Under the pieces are notes generated by a model that was not told the DNA's origin, searched no databases, and saw nothing but the letters and a program-made list of their open reading frames with translations. This document shows positions 9,804-19,672 of a stretch of 32,000 nt of DNA, piece after piece. The first letter of the stretch is position 1; every line of letters begins with the position of its first letter. The position numbers and the translations under genes were made by a program. This DNA comes from Candidatus Saccharimonadota bacterium. Lineage in GTDB: Bacteria > Patescibacteriota > Saccharimonadia > Saccharimonadales > UBA4665. Location of the stretch: positions 630,001-662,000 of the forward strand of contig CP064992.1 in the NCBI GenBank assembly GCA_016699935.1. The letters are read 5' to 3'.

Positions 9804-10266
9804 TTATATCCGCTGTGGACGCAAGGAAATTTGAGAGGATCTACCCCTAGTACGAGAGGACCGGGGCGGACGCACCGCTGGTGTATCAGTTGTTCTACCA
9901 AGGGCATTGCTGAGTAGCTATCGTGCGGAATAGATAAGCGCTGAAAGCATATTAAGCGCGAAACTAGCCTCAAGATTAGATTTCCCTATGATCCCCCAGA
10001 AAGACTATCTGGTTGATAGGCGCAAGGTGTACGCACAGCAATGTGTTTAGCCGAAGCGTACTAATAGGGACATTGACTTTTTACGACCTATGAAACGTGC
10101 ATTTTACGTGCATGTTTCATAGGCAAAAAGTGCATTGACTGGTTATTGGTGTGGTTTTACCATACTGGTAGCAACGTTTGTTTACATTGCTAGCTCTTTT
10201 CTAACATCCGTCTACTTTTGTAATGGACATCGACTGGCTCCGTCTCAATCTACCACTGATTGGGAA

Positions 10267-10337
10267 GAGCAGCCGGAGTCGAAAACTACGTTTTTCGACC
10301 CCGCGCGATGAGAAACCTGTGCAACAGGTGTCTCATT
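10267..10337 (+). repeat. two-hairpin module, copy C (23S-5S spacer, 12 nt upstream of 5S)
   Basis: GAGCAGCC-GGA-[GTCGAAAA/TTTTCGAC]-CCCG-CGCGATGAGA-[AACCTGT/ACAGGTG]-TCTCATT. Confidence 0.65.
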
Positions 10338-10349
10338 AGGCGAAGCCGC

Positions 10350-10463
10350 CTCGGTGCCCATAGCGAGAGGGAAATACCTGTTCCCATACCGAACACAGCA
10401 GTCAAGCCTCTCAGCGGTTACAATACTTGGGTCTTCTAGCCCTGGGAAAATAGCACGGTGCCG
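10350..10463 (+). rRNA. rrf: 5S ribosomal RNA
   Basis: CCCATAGCGAGAGGGAAATACCTGTTCCCATACCGAACACAGCAGTCAAGCCTCTCAGCG matches the loop A / helix II-III consensus. Helix I is formed by CGGTGCC (5') pairing with GGTGCCG (3'), including two G.U pairs. Confidence 0.88.
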
Positions 10464-10475
10464 TTTTTACGATAA

Positions 10476-10503
10476 AGCCCTCCACACATGGAGGGCTTTT
10501 TCT
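10476..10503 (+). terminator. rho-independent terminator after 5S
   Basis: AGCCCTCC-ACACAT-GGAGGGCT followed by a T-run. Confidence 0.7.
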
Positions 10504-10630
10504 ATATATCTAGCTCTCACCTGAAACCGACGAGGCACCGTGCTATTTTCTTTAGGAAAATGAATAATCAAAATAGCTACAGCAGCACTTTTGCTCATGC
10601 AAAAGTGCTTGCGGGTGCTGTTTGATGATC

Positions 10631-10660
10631 AAGCCCTCCACACATGGAGGGCTTTTTTCT
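10631..10660 (+). terminator. second, near-identical copy of the rRNA terminator
   Basis: The same AAGCCCTCCACACATGGAGGGCTTTTT(T)CTATAT sequence recurs about 155 bp downstream of the first copy. Confidence 0.6.
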
Positions 10661-10906
10661 ATATGGGAAAATTTATAGCCTGCCTTATGCGGGAGCTTGC
10701 TCCGGTATCGTAAGGCGTGCCCGTAAACCCATTTTCTGTGCTCGGTGGAGCTTTTGTCTCCACTTCATCCAGATAAAAGATCTTCTACAATCACATCTAA
10801 ACAAGGCTGATGAAATTGCGATTCCCGCGTAAGACGAGTTAACTATTCGTTTCATTGCAATTAAAAAGTTTTCAGCACGCATGAAGCCTGTTATGCTTAT
10901 ATAAGC

Positions 10907-12450
10907 ATGCGTAAGAGGAGCATTACTCACGAAGGTGGCTTTACGCTACTTGAACTGCTTATATCCATGACAGTCATTGAGTTATGAGTATAGGCTTATT
11001 CAGCCTGTTTACAGCTCTTGTAAGCACCAGTACGCTCGCAAAACAACGCTCAGTTGGTGGTGCGCTGGCAAGCAATCAGAAGGAATATTTACGGTCTTTA
11101 CCCTTCGACAGCCTTGCGGTAAGTGGCGGCAGCATTATTTCGAGCTCATATATACCAGCTACAATCACCAAAAAGATTAACGGTACTACCTACGTAATAA
11201 CAACGAGTATTAGCTATGTCGATGATGCGTATGACGGATGCGGCCCATATCCAAACCTCGATTTAAAAATAAAATATTGTCGGAATTATTCATCTCCTGG
11301 CAATAGTAGCAACAACCAACTGAACGATACTAATCCCGCAGACTATAAGATTGCCCATGTTGTGGTGAAGAATTCAAGTAATACTCGTCTTGCAGCCATG
11401 GATACGCATATTGCCGCTCGCGTTGCTGAAACAGCGAGTACGACGGGTGCATTATTTGTTACGGCAACAGATTCGTCGGGCAACGCAGTCCCCGATGCGA
11501 TAATCCGAGTTATAAATACTACAACAACCCCTGCGGTGAATGTCTCGGATACTACAGATGCAAATGGTATGGCAATATTTTATGGCCTACCACCTGATAC
11601 CGGGTTGGACTATGCCATTAGTGTGGAAAAAAACGGCTATTCATCAGTTCAATCCATCCGCCCATCGGGGTCATTGCAGCCAACATATTCAAATCAAAAA
11701 ATCCTCGCGCAGCAGTCATCATATCTTGCATTTGTTATCGCACCGATGGACACAAACAGTCTTATTATAGAGACAGTCAATACCTCTGGTGCAATACTTG
11801 GGAATGTAAGGGTTCAGGTGAAAGGAGGGTATAAAAAATATACCGAAATAACTGATAACTCATATTATTATGATAATCTGTCACCAACAGATGTGCGCGT
11901 GACGACCGATGTGAATGGGATAGCAACCGTAAGCAATCTCCCGCCGATTAATAGCTACATCTTCTGTGGGGCGAGTGGATCTGGTGGTTGCGCTGTGGGT
12001 GGAACCACATACTATCTTGCGTCAGCAGTGCCGTACGGTGGAACAAATAGTCTCGCGCCCATTACCGTACCGGTAGGCAGCCAGGTAAATCCGGTAACTT
12101 TCACGCATAACGGGTCGGAGTACATACAGAAGGTGCGTCTTATCCTTACGAACAATAGCTCTTTCCCGAGAGTGTTTAGTATGAGTCCAGATACGGCCAG
12201 TCTTAGTGACAATCTTCAAAATGTAGACATAGTTTATACCGGCGCCAACTTGTCAAATGCAACCGCTAGTCTCACCCAAAATGGCACGACTTATAGCGGT
12301 AATAGTTGCGTCGCGAGCGCCACGCAGCTAACCTGTAATTATAACCTAAACGGTATAACGACAGGTGATTTACAGGTTACCATTCAGAATGCAAGTGGAA
12401 CACTAATTTTGCCAACAACACCCCTTGGAGGTTTTCGTGCCAGCCCATAA
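10907..12450 (+). pseudogene. large type IV pilin-like protein (minor pilin or tip-adhesin candidate) with two carboxypeptidase-regulatory-like beta-sandwich domains; one frameshift right after the prepilin signal
   Basis: The leader MRKRSITHEGG|FTLLELLISMTVIEL (10907-10984, with G-1/F+1/E+5) ends at a TGA at 10985-10987. The hydrophobic helix continues in the next frame as SIGLFSLFTALVST (the 488-aa ORF at 10984-12450). Motifs TDSSGNAVPDAIIRVIN...TTDANGMAIFYGLPP...YAISVEKNGY and VNTSGAILGNVRVQVKG...TTDVNGIATVSNLPP suggest CarboxypepD_reg-type folds. Confidence 0.7.
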
Positions 12451-13036
12451 AGAACAGAATCAAAATGGTTTTACCATTCTTGAATTACTAATCGTTATGA
12501 TGATGATTGGTATACTTTCAACTATCTTTTTTGTTGTATTCAAGAGCACCCTCGTTAGCTATTTAGATTTACAAAGACAGGCATCAAGTTTTGGTCAGCT
12601 CAGCAATCAGGCTGAGAGAATTGCAAATGTTCTGCGCGGGACAACGAGTATCTCTAGTGCATCGGATAATGATCTTACAGTTTACTCATATTTTTATCCT
12701 TCGGACGCCTATGTTTCACAAGTTCGTTACTATGTCGTGAGTGGTGCCACAACAAAACTATACGCGGATCTCACTCCCATGAGCGCTAACCCACCGGTGG
12801 GCACGTTGCAAAATGATAAAAAGAAGAGTTTTGTGGTAATCGATAACTTTTACCAACCCAGTGGCGGCAAACTGTATAGCTACATGAATGCAAACGGCGC
12901 ATCCTTAACAACCCCTGTTACCGATCTCAGTGTCGTGAAGAGTATCCAAATTAATCTATCAACTCAACTTGAAAATGCACGCTCACAAGACATCAACGTT
13001 CAGGTAGTATTACGAAATAAGAAGAATAACCTATGA
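12425..13036 (+). CDS. type IV pilin-like protein (minor pilin/pseudopilin)
   Basis: The N-terminus is ...KEQNQNG|FTILELLIVMMMIGILSTIFF, a class III signal with E+5. It overlaps the upstream gene. The start is ATG 12425 or GTG 12437. Confidence 0.75.
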   Translation: MEVFVPAHKEQNQNGFTILELLIVMMMIGILSTIFFVVFKSTLVSYLDLQRQASSFGQLSNQAERIANVLRGTTSISSASDNDLTVYSYFYPSDAYVSQVRYYVVSGATTKLYADLTPMSANPPVGTLQNDKKKSFVVIDNFYQPSGGKLYSYMNANGASLTTPVTDLSVVKSIQINLSTQLENARSQDINVQVVLRNKKNNL

Positions 13037-14643
13037 AAGTACACATGAATAGCCAGAGAAGCTGCAAGCAAACCTCTCTCAATAACGAAGCTGGCTTTAC
13101 TTTGCCAACAGTGTTGTCATTTATTATAGCGATGGCCATTATTACGACAACGGCCATGATGGTAGTAATGAATAATCTTACATCGAGTGGAATTATTATT
13201 GGTCGCCAACAATCGCTGCACATTGCCGAAGCTGGGATTAACTACTACTTATGGCATATGGCGCATAACCCAACTGATTATAAAGACGGGAATGCAACTC
13301 CCTCAACTCCAGACGTTAATAAGGGTTATGGACCATACGTACACGATTACATTGATGCAAATTCTCAGAAGAAAGGGACGTTTACCCTGTGGATTAAGCC
13401 GAGCAGCAGTGGCTCAACCGTTGCGACTATCCGATCAACTGCTAAAACGAATGATGGTGTAACGAGAACGCTCGAGGCTCGTATAGGCGCGGCATCCTTT
13501 GCGAGCTACGGTTTGCTTTTCTGATGTCGAGTTTTGGTTTGGTGACTCAGAAACAGCGAACGGTCCTGTTTTTTCCAATCAAGGAGTACATATGGATGGG
13601 CCGAATACAGATACGGTTGGGAGCGCCAATGCGACCTACGTCCCGAGATCGAACTATGGTGGAGATGGTTCAACAAAAACGGCGTATGGTGTAGTACTGG
13701 CGTGATTAATCCTAATTGTACAACCCGCGATAAGTCGAATTGGCTCTATCCTCGACCTACCGTTGATTTCAACCAAGTAACTGGTGCGCTTTTTGTGTCA
13801 TGAAGAAAGTCGCCTTTGCTAACGATGCCTCGACTGCTGCTTTTGCAACCCAACCCAACCCATGTAACCTTACACCTACTGTTCGTTCGGCGGCCTATAT
13901 ACCTCGCTACAGCACTAGCTCGTTTAGTACTCGTCGGGGCTATTACATAGAGCTGAACGCCAATAATACGTACGATTTGTACCCGCGTGAGTAACGAAGA
14001 TGACACGCAGACTAATCACACAACTGCACTAACACGAACGGTAGTACAAACTGGCATTACCGTACCGAGCTCAGGAGTAATATTTGTTGAGGATAACGTA
14101 TGGGTTCGAACGGCATCAAACTTTACCGGACGTGTTACGATAGCGGCTGGACGACTTGGTAATGACACCAATGCAGCCGATATTAATATCGCCGGCGAAG
14201 TTCGTTATGGGAGCAAGAACGGATCAGATGCCATTGGCCTTGTTGCAGAAAATGATGTACTAATTGCTCCATACGCCATACCTCGCACAGGAGCATTTAC
14301 ATTTGAAATCAACGCCGCGGCACTTGCGCAGAGTGGATCGGTGACATACCCGGGTACGTATAAGGTAAATACAAGCCGCTGTACACGCGGTTGGGTCAAT
14401 CCGGATCAGAAGTTTGTATACTATGGCTCAGTTGCGACCAGACAGTATTGGACATGGAATTATACCCGTTCAAGTGCTTGTGGTGATGCAGCCTATAATG
14501 CTTCGTCGAATCGATACATATCTGGAGTCAAGCAAACAACAACCGATTATGATTACAACCTATACTACGCACCACCTCCGAGCTACCCGATAACTGGGGG
14601 TTACGACATACTGAACTGGCGAGAGGTTATCACTAAACCGTAG
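13033..14643 (+). pseudogene. PilX-like large minor pilin, read through about 4-5 frameshifts
   Basis: The start codon overlaps the upstream stop in an ATGA arrangement. The N-terminus is ...NNEAG|FTLPTVLSFIIAMAIITT, which lacks E+5, followed by a PilX_N-like QQSLHIAEAGINYYLWH. The sequence continues across frames as 13033-13524, 13499-13705, about 13700-13800 (TGVINPNCTTRDKSNWLYPRPTVDFNQVTGAL), 13800-13994 and 13987-14643. Confidence 0.65.
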
Positions 14644-14769
14644 AAGCTTTTATTCGAATGTTGTAATAATTAATTGAGCGATTTAAATAACGTGTGAAAT
14701 CTTACAACATTAACAATATAACAGATACAAATCGTAGTGGATAAAACGCCAAAGCGAGCCTTGTGACCG

Positions 14770-14799
14770 TTGACTTCGGTCGAAAGAAGTTAGTATGAT
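14770..14799 (+). promoter_or_regulatory. promoter candidate for the surface-protein cluster
   Basis: TTGACT (14770-14775), an 18-nt spacer, then TATGAT (14794-14799). It is bracketed by a 9-bp inverted repeat, CCAAAGCGA (14749-14757) and TCGCTTTGG (14811-14819). A strong RBS, AAAAGGAG, lies 7 nt before ATG 14874. Confidence 0.45.
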
Positions 14800-14873
14800 T
14801 GGATAGTATCGCTTTGGTCCCACAAAGCACTACAAACAAAAACACAACAAATAAAATAAAAGGAGTTACGCAT

Positions 14874-15483
14874 ATGCGTAAAAAGCTTAGTGCACTTGTA
14901 GCTCTGTTTGCAGTCGCAGGCGTGATGCTTCCAGCATCCGTTTTGCTGCCACAAACACGAGTCTTTCACAAGTCATAAAACCCAGGTACCCTGACGTATG
15001 ATATCGTCAATGGTTCCGGCGTGTCTGTTGCGAGCCCAGCTGTGTCTTTCCCAACGACAACATTTAGTTTCTCTTGCCAGACTCAAACGGCAACGTTTGG
15101 TACTGCAAGCCAAAAAGTCAAAATCGGTAACCCAATTCTTGGTGGGGTAAAGCTTGACATCAATGCTCAAACACCTGCTACAGACAACTGGACAGACGGT
15201 GCTAAGAACTACAGCTACAAAGACTCAGCTGGAGCTGGCTGTACGAACGGTCAAATGACTATAAGCGGCGGTACGTTTACTCAGACTGCTGGCGCCAACG
15301 TTCCTACCTACACAATGCCTGGTGGCGCTTTCACGAGCACTTCTCCTGTGACGCTCTTGAACAACACCAGCACAACTGCCTGGGAAGCTGAATTGACGGG
15401 TTATACCTTAGCCAGAAGATCCTGCCGAGCAAGCTGACGGCAACTATGCCATCAACATGGTAGTATCTGCTATCTCTCAGTAG
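14874..15483 (+). pseudogene. small secreted surface protein, WxL-like (CscB-like), with compensating frameshifts
   Basis: The signal peptide is MRKKLSALVALFAVAGVMLPAS. The segment VFAATNTSLSQVIKP is readable only in a shifted frame, between the T4 run at 14941-14944 and the A4C3 run at 14977-14983. The body is the ORF at 15021-15437. The C-terminal tail SQKI/PAEQADGNYAINMVVSAISQ* needs two more shifts. The domain is homologous to the C-terminus of the 17199-19672 protein. Confidence 0.55.
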
Positions 15484-15538
15484 AAAACCATAAACAGTTC
15501 TAGAAAAATGGCTCAAAGCATGTACAGTAAAGAGCAAG

Positions 15539-17149
15539 ATGAGAAAACGCCTGCAAACGTTGGGACCGCTGCTCGTAGTAAGCATCCTGCTCTTTACCCA
15601 TGCTTCAGTCTTTGCTCAAGCTGGCTCTATGGGGATAGCTCCCGCCAACCCTCTGGTTGGTAATCTTCGTTCTCGAAGCATTTTTATTCACACCCTGAAG
15701 GGTGGTGAGACGGTGGAGGATGGCGTTCGTGTGTTTAATTACTCAAAAGAAGCCAGGACGGTTAAGCTCGATGCGGTGGATTCAATTGCTGCTGTTGACG
15801 GGTCGTTTTCTTGCAAGCAAAATAGTGAAAAGAAAACAGAGGTAGGGCTGTGGATACGACTATCCGTAAAAGAAGTTGTCGTTCAGCCCGGTGCCAACGA
15901 GACCGTGCCGTTTACAATCACCGTACCAAAAGAGGCAGGTCCTGGCGAACACGGTGCCTGTATAACAGCACAAGATACCAAGAACATTGGCTCGAAAAGC
16001 GAGGGTGGAATTGCGCTCGGTTTTCGCAACGCTATACGTGTCGCTATCACCGTACCTGGTAAAATCGTCAAACAGCTTAATATCAAAAATATTGCTATTG
16101 GGCGTAACGATAAGGGCAATTACACCGTTTCTCCTGTCAGTAAAAACACGGGCAATGTTTCCCTGGACGCAACAAGCCGCGCCCAGCTGAAGAGTATTTT
16201 TGGGCAGCAAACGCCCGTACAAAAGGCGACCTACCCTGTTATGCCGGGTGCAACAACTGGTTGGGCGTTCGAATTTAAGCGTCCATTCTGGGGTGGTGTA
16301 TACAAAGCGCAGGTCTCTATTGCCTACGATTCCGATACAAACACTTATATTGGTGACACGACTGGCCAGGAACGAAAAGTCAGGGCAAGTACCGGCTATT
16401 TCATTATGGTGCCAACCTGGCAAGCGCTTGTGGTGGAAATTGCCGTGCCACTCGCGCTCGTCTTTATTCTCATCACGTTCCTTCGTCGACGTAGGTTACG
16501 TCGTCTTGCCCATAAACGGCTTCAGAAGTATACCGTCGCACCGGGAGATACCGTGATGTCTATTGCGGAAGTACATGGGATTGATTGGAAGCAGCTTGCC
16601 AAAGTGAATATTATAAAAGCACCGTACCTCATAGAGTACGGTCAGACGCTTCTGTTGCCTCAGCCAAAAAAGCGGCTGCGGCATAGGCGCGCCGAACGTA
16701 AGGGCTCCTGGGTGGTAGACGACGCTTCGCCAAAGACGCCCACCGAACAGCCGGCTCCACTACCTGGTGTACCTCAACCTCCTGCGGTAGCGCCAGTAGC
16801 ACCTGAAAATACCTGGCAAGCTCCGATAGCTCAAACCCAACCCCTCGCTCCAGTGCCACAGCGCTATCCTGTACCGCCGCACATACCAAATCCAGCATTT
16901 CCTGAGCCGGAAGAACCTGATTTTCCTGATTGGCGTGATGGAGCGAGCGACGAAGAACTGCGCACGCTAGGTGTGCTCAAGGATAGTGCGACCATGCCAG
17001 CACTGAGTAGCTCATGGAATCTTGAAGCAGATGAACCGACATCTCCAAAACCCAAAAATAGTACGCGCCCAAAGGTGGTAAAACGAAAGCATCACGCAAA
17101 GCTCCGGCTAAGCGCTCAACACGCAAGAAGTGATTGCCGCAAATTCTAA
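15539..17149 (+). CDS. cell-surface protein, DUF916/DUF3324-like (CscA-like), with a TM anchor, a LysM domain and a proline-rich tail
   Basis: Signal peptide MRKRLQTLGPLLVVSILLFTHASVFAQA. The pattern PANP...RSIFIHTLKGGETVEDGVRVFNYSKEARTVKLDAVDS...DGSF...VPFTITVPKEAGPGEH...RVAITVPG is typical of DUF916-type proteins. TM helix at aa 294-315 followed by RRRRLRR. LysM domain YTVAPGDTVMSIAEVHGIDWKQLAKVNIIKAPYLIEYGQTLLLP at nt 16529-16660. The P-rich region is at nt 16727-16933. Confidence 0.7.
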   Translation: MRKRLQTLGPLLVVSILLFTHASVFAQAGSMGIAPANPLVGNLRSRSIFIHTLKGGETVEDGVRVFNYSKEARTVKLDAVDSIAAVDGSFSCKQNSEKKTEVGLWIRLSVKEVVVQPGANETVPFTITVPKEAGPGEHGACITAQDTKNIGSKSEGGIALGFRNAIRVAITVPGKIVKQLNIKNIAIGRNDKGNYTVSPVSKNTGNVSLDATSRAQLKSIFGQQTPVQKATYPVMPGATTGWAFEFKRPFWGGVYKAQVSIAYDSDTNTYIGDTTGQERKVRASTGYFIMVPTWQALVVEIAVPLALVFILITFLRRRRLRRLAHKRLQKYTVAPGDTVMSIAEVHGIDWKQLAKVNIIKAPYLIEYGQTLLLPQPKKRLRHRRAERKGSWVVDDASPKTPTEQPAPLPGVPQPPAVAPVAPENTWQAPIAQTQPLAPVPQRYPVPPHIPNPAFPEPEEPDFPDWRDGASDEELRTLGVLKDSATMPALSSSWNLEADEPTSPKPKNSTRPKVVKRKHHAKLRLSAQHARSDCRKF

Positions 17150-17198
17150 TAGGGCTGCTATACTATAAGTAGTGCTTACGCTTATAGGATAATCTGGG

Positions 17199-19672
17199 AT
17201 GTATAAAAACACACAAGCGGAATTCCAATTTGTCTAGACTGTTAGAAAAAGTCCAGGTATTTGGTGCCGTGCTACTTTTTAGGCCTATCATTCATTGCGC
17301 CCATAGTTGTATCGCCGAAAGCCCATGCGGCTAACTTCACAATGCGTACTGGTTACTATCTGGGCACGGGAACTACGAAGACAATAAGCGGGCTCGGTTT
17401 TCAGCCCAGTTTTGTTATGATCAAGGCTTCGACGACGGCTGGCGTCGCTGTCTTTAAAACAAGCTCCATGGCGGCCAGTACAACGGCGTTCTTCAGTGCA
17501 ACTGCTGATAATGCGGTAACGAACATATCTTTTAGCGCCGATGGCTTTACAGTGGGCACACTTGCCAATGTGAATGCAGTGAATGTGTTGTACCGCTGGA
17601 CGGCGTTTAATGGTTCAGACTGTACCGCAACGGGATACTTCTGCGAGGGAACGTATACTGGAACCGGAGTTGCCGGTAGGGCCATCACGACGGGATTTCA
17701 ACCGAATATGGTAATGGTCAAGCGATCGACGGCAGTCGCAGCGCATTTTCGCACAACTTCCATGGCGGCAAACAGGACAGAATTCTTCACTTCTACTGCT
17801 GCAGATACGGCCGGGAATTATATAGCCTCATTGTCGGCAACCGGATTCACAGTTGGCAATACAGATAATACAAACACAGCAACGTACTATTATGTTGCTT
17901 TTCGCTCAGGTGCGGGTAGTTTTGCACAAGGGACGTATACGGGTAATGCGACGTCTCGAAGCATCACTGGTCTTGGCTTCCAACCGGACTTGGTATTCGT
18001 TAAAAATAGCACAAGTGCGACAGCCAAAATCGCCGTTCCATTATGTCAGGTGATAGGCACTTCGGAGACTTAGCTAGTTACGCTAGTGATCTTGTGGCAG
18101 ATGCCACTGGTATGATTCAGGGTATGCTCTCAGATGGGTTTCGGGTTGGCACAGGAGTAAACACGAATCAGACAGGCACTACGGAGTATTGGTTCGCGTT
18201 TGAGGCGCCCCTTCCTTCGGAAGCTCGAGCGGCTCGTTTTCAATGGCTCAGGGCACGTACACTGGTAACGGGGCAGTTCGTTCCATTACTGGTATTGGTT
18301 TTGCGCCAGACCTGGTGATGATAAAAGATAACGCGGCGAACTTTGCCGTGTTTCGTATTCGGCAAATGGTAGGTAATGCCACAGCCTACTTTGCATCTGC
18401 CACTGCAGATTTTACTGGAGGGATTACCTCACTGGATGCTGGCGGGTTTAGTTTGGGGACGAGTACTATTGTGAATACAAATGGCAACAGTTATCATTGG
18501 CAGGCGTTTGGAAACGCCTATACATCGGATACAAACAGTGGGTCGGCTGATTTTGCGACAGGGGTGTATTATGGAAACGGCCTGACAGCGCGACCTATAA
18601 CTGATACCCCATTCCAGCCCGATCTCGTTGCGGTCAAGCGGAACAACACAACTGCCGGTGCTTTCCGTACTAGTGCCTACGCAGGCGATCTCAGCAGCTT
18701 TTTTGGCGCTACAGCCGAAACTGCTGGGGTTGTACAGTCACTGAACGTGAACGGTTTTACGGTGGGTACAAATGCTGCATCGAACACGGGCGCATCGCTC
18801 TACCGCTGGTTTGCGTTCAAAACGGGCACGAATTTTAGCGTGGGCACATACACGGGAACCGGTGTTGCGGGACGACAGGTGAGTGCACCGTTCTGGTCTG
18901 ATCTTATTTGGGTAAAGCGGTCGACCACAGTTGTCGGAGCCCAATTACCGTCAACTCTGACCGGAGGAAACGCGCAGTACCTGACAAATACTGCCAATGC
19001 TGCAAATATGATAACGGAATCAATGCCAGTGGCTTTGTGGTAGGGACGAGTACTTCCACAAATACGAACGGCGGCGTCTATCGCCATGCGGCGTGGCGGG
19101 TACCTCCTAACGGGGCTCTTACGGTTGATATCGTCAATGCTGGCGGCACGAGCGTTGTGTCGCCATCGGTGAGCTTTGCAAGTCTGGGGCTTGTTTTCAG
19201 CTGTACGGAGAGCACCGCGAACCTGGGAATTGCAGCGCAAAAAATACGGGTAAGCAATATGACAGCAAATGCGAGCTGGGTGCTTTCAGTTGCGCCTACG
19301 GCAGGACCGACTGGTCTTTGGGATAACACCGGCGCTACGGCACACTACGACTTCAATGATACGACAGGTACACAGCCGGGTTGTGCTGATGGAATCGATG
19401 CAGATGCGTTTGCTGGAAAACTACGTGTTGAACCATCCGCAAGCAGCCTTGCGCCACAGACTGGATGTTCATCGTCAAACCTCAGCCTAGGATCAAATCA
19501 GGATTATACCCAAGGGGTAGTAGATTCAATCAGTCTCCTTACGGCTGCGGTCGGGTCGAATACTGAGTGCTATTGGGACGTGACGGGCATTCCTTTGCGT
19601 CAAACCATCCCTGCCGAGCAGATGCCATCATCGTATAGTCTTGGTCTAACCATAACTCTTATGGCACAATGA
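17199..19672 (+). pseudogene. large secreted surface protein with six ~100-aa tandem modules plus a C-terminal WxL-like domain (CscC-like); at least 4 frameshifts
   Basis: The likely start is MYKNTQAEFQFV (ATG 17199). A signal-like segment ...FGAVLLF/LGLSFIAPIVVSPKAHA follows across a frame switch. The modules are read from ORFs 17261-18073, 18043-18318, 18243-19043 and 18908-19672. The C-terminus (LTVDIVNAGGTSVVSPSVSF...ASWVLSVAP...IPAEQMPSSYSLGLTITLMAQ*) is paralogous to the 14874-15483 protein. Confidence 0.6.

Noticed and set aside
10644-10930. ORFs of 62 aa (+) and 81 aa (-) in the 5S-to-pilin spacer
   Set aside because: They overlap each other on opposite strands, have no RBS or motif, and sit in a region better explained as terminator plus promoter/operator DNA.
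10979-10990. Recoding or an alternative genetic code (TGA as a sense codon) to explain the stop after the pilin signal peptide
   Set aside because: Reading through TGA 10985-10987 runs into TAG two codons later. The downstream protein is in a different frame, and many other genes terminate normally with TGA. A 1-nt indel explains it.
14737-14744. DnaA-box-like TTATCCAC sequences here and at 27214-27221, as a hint of a replication origin
   Set aside because: They are isolated single boxes about 12 kb apart, one of them inside the fmt coding region. There is no cluster, AT-rich unwinding element or dnaA/dnaN neighbourhood.
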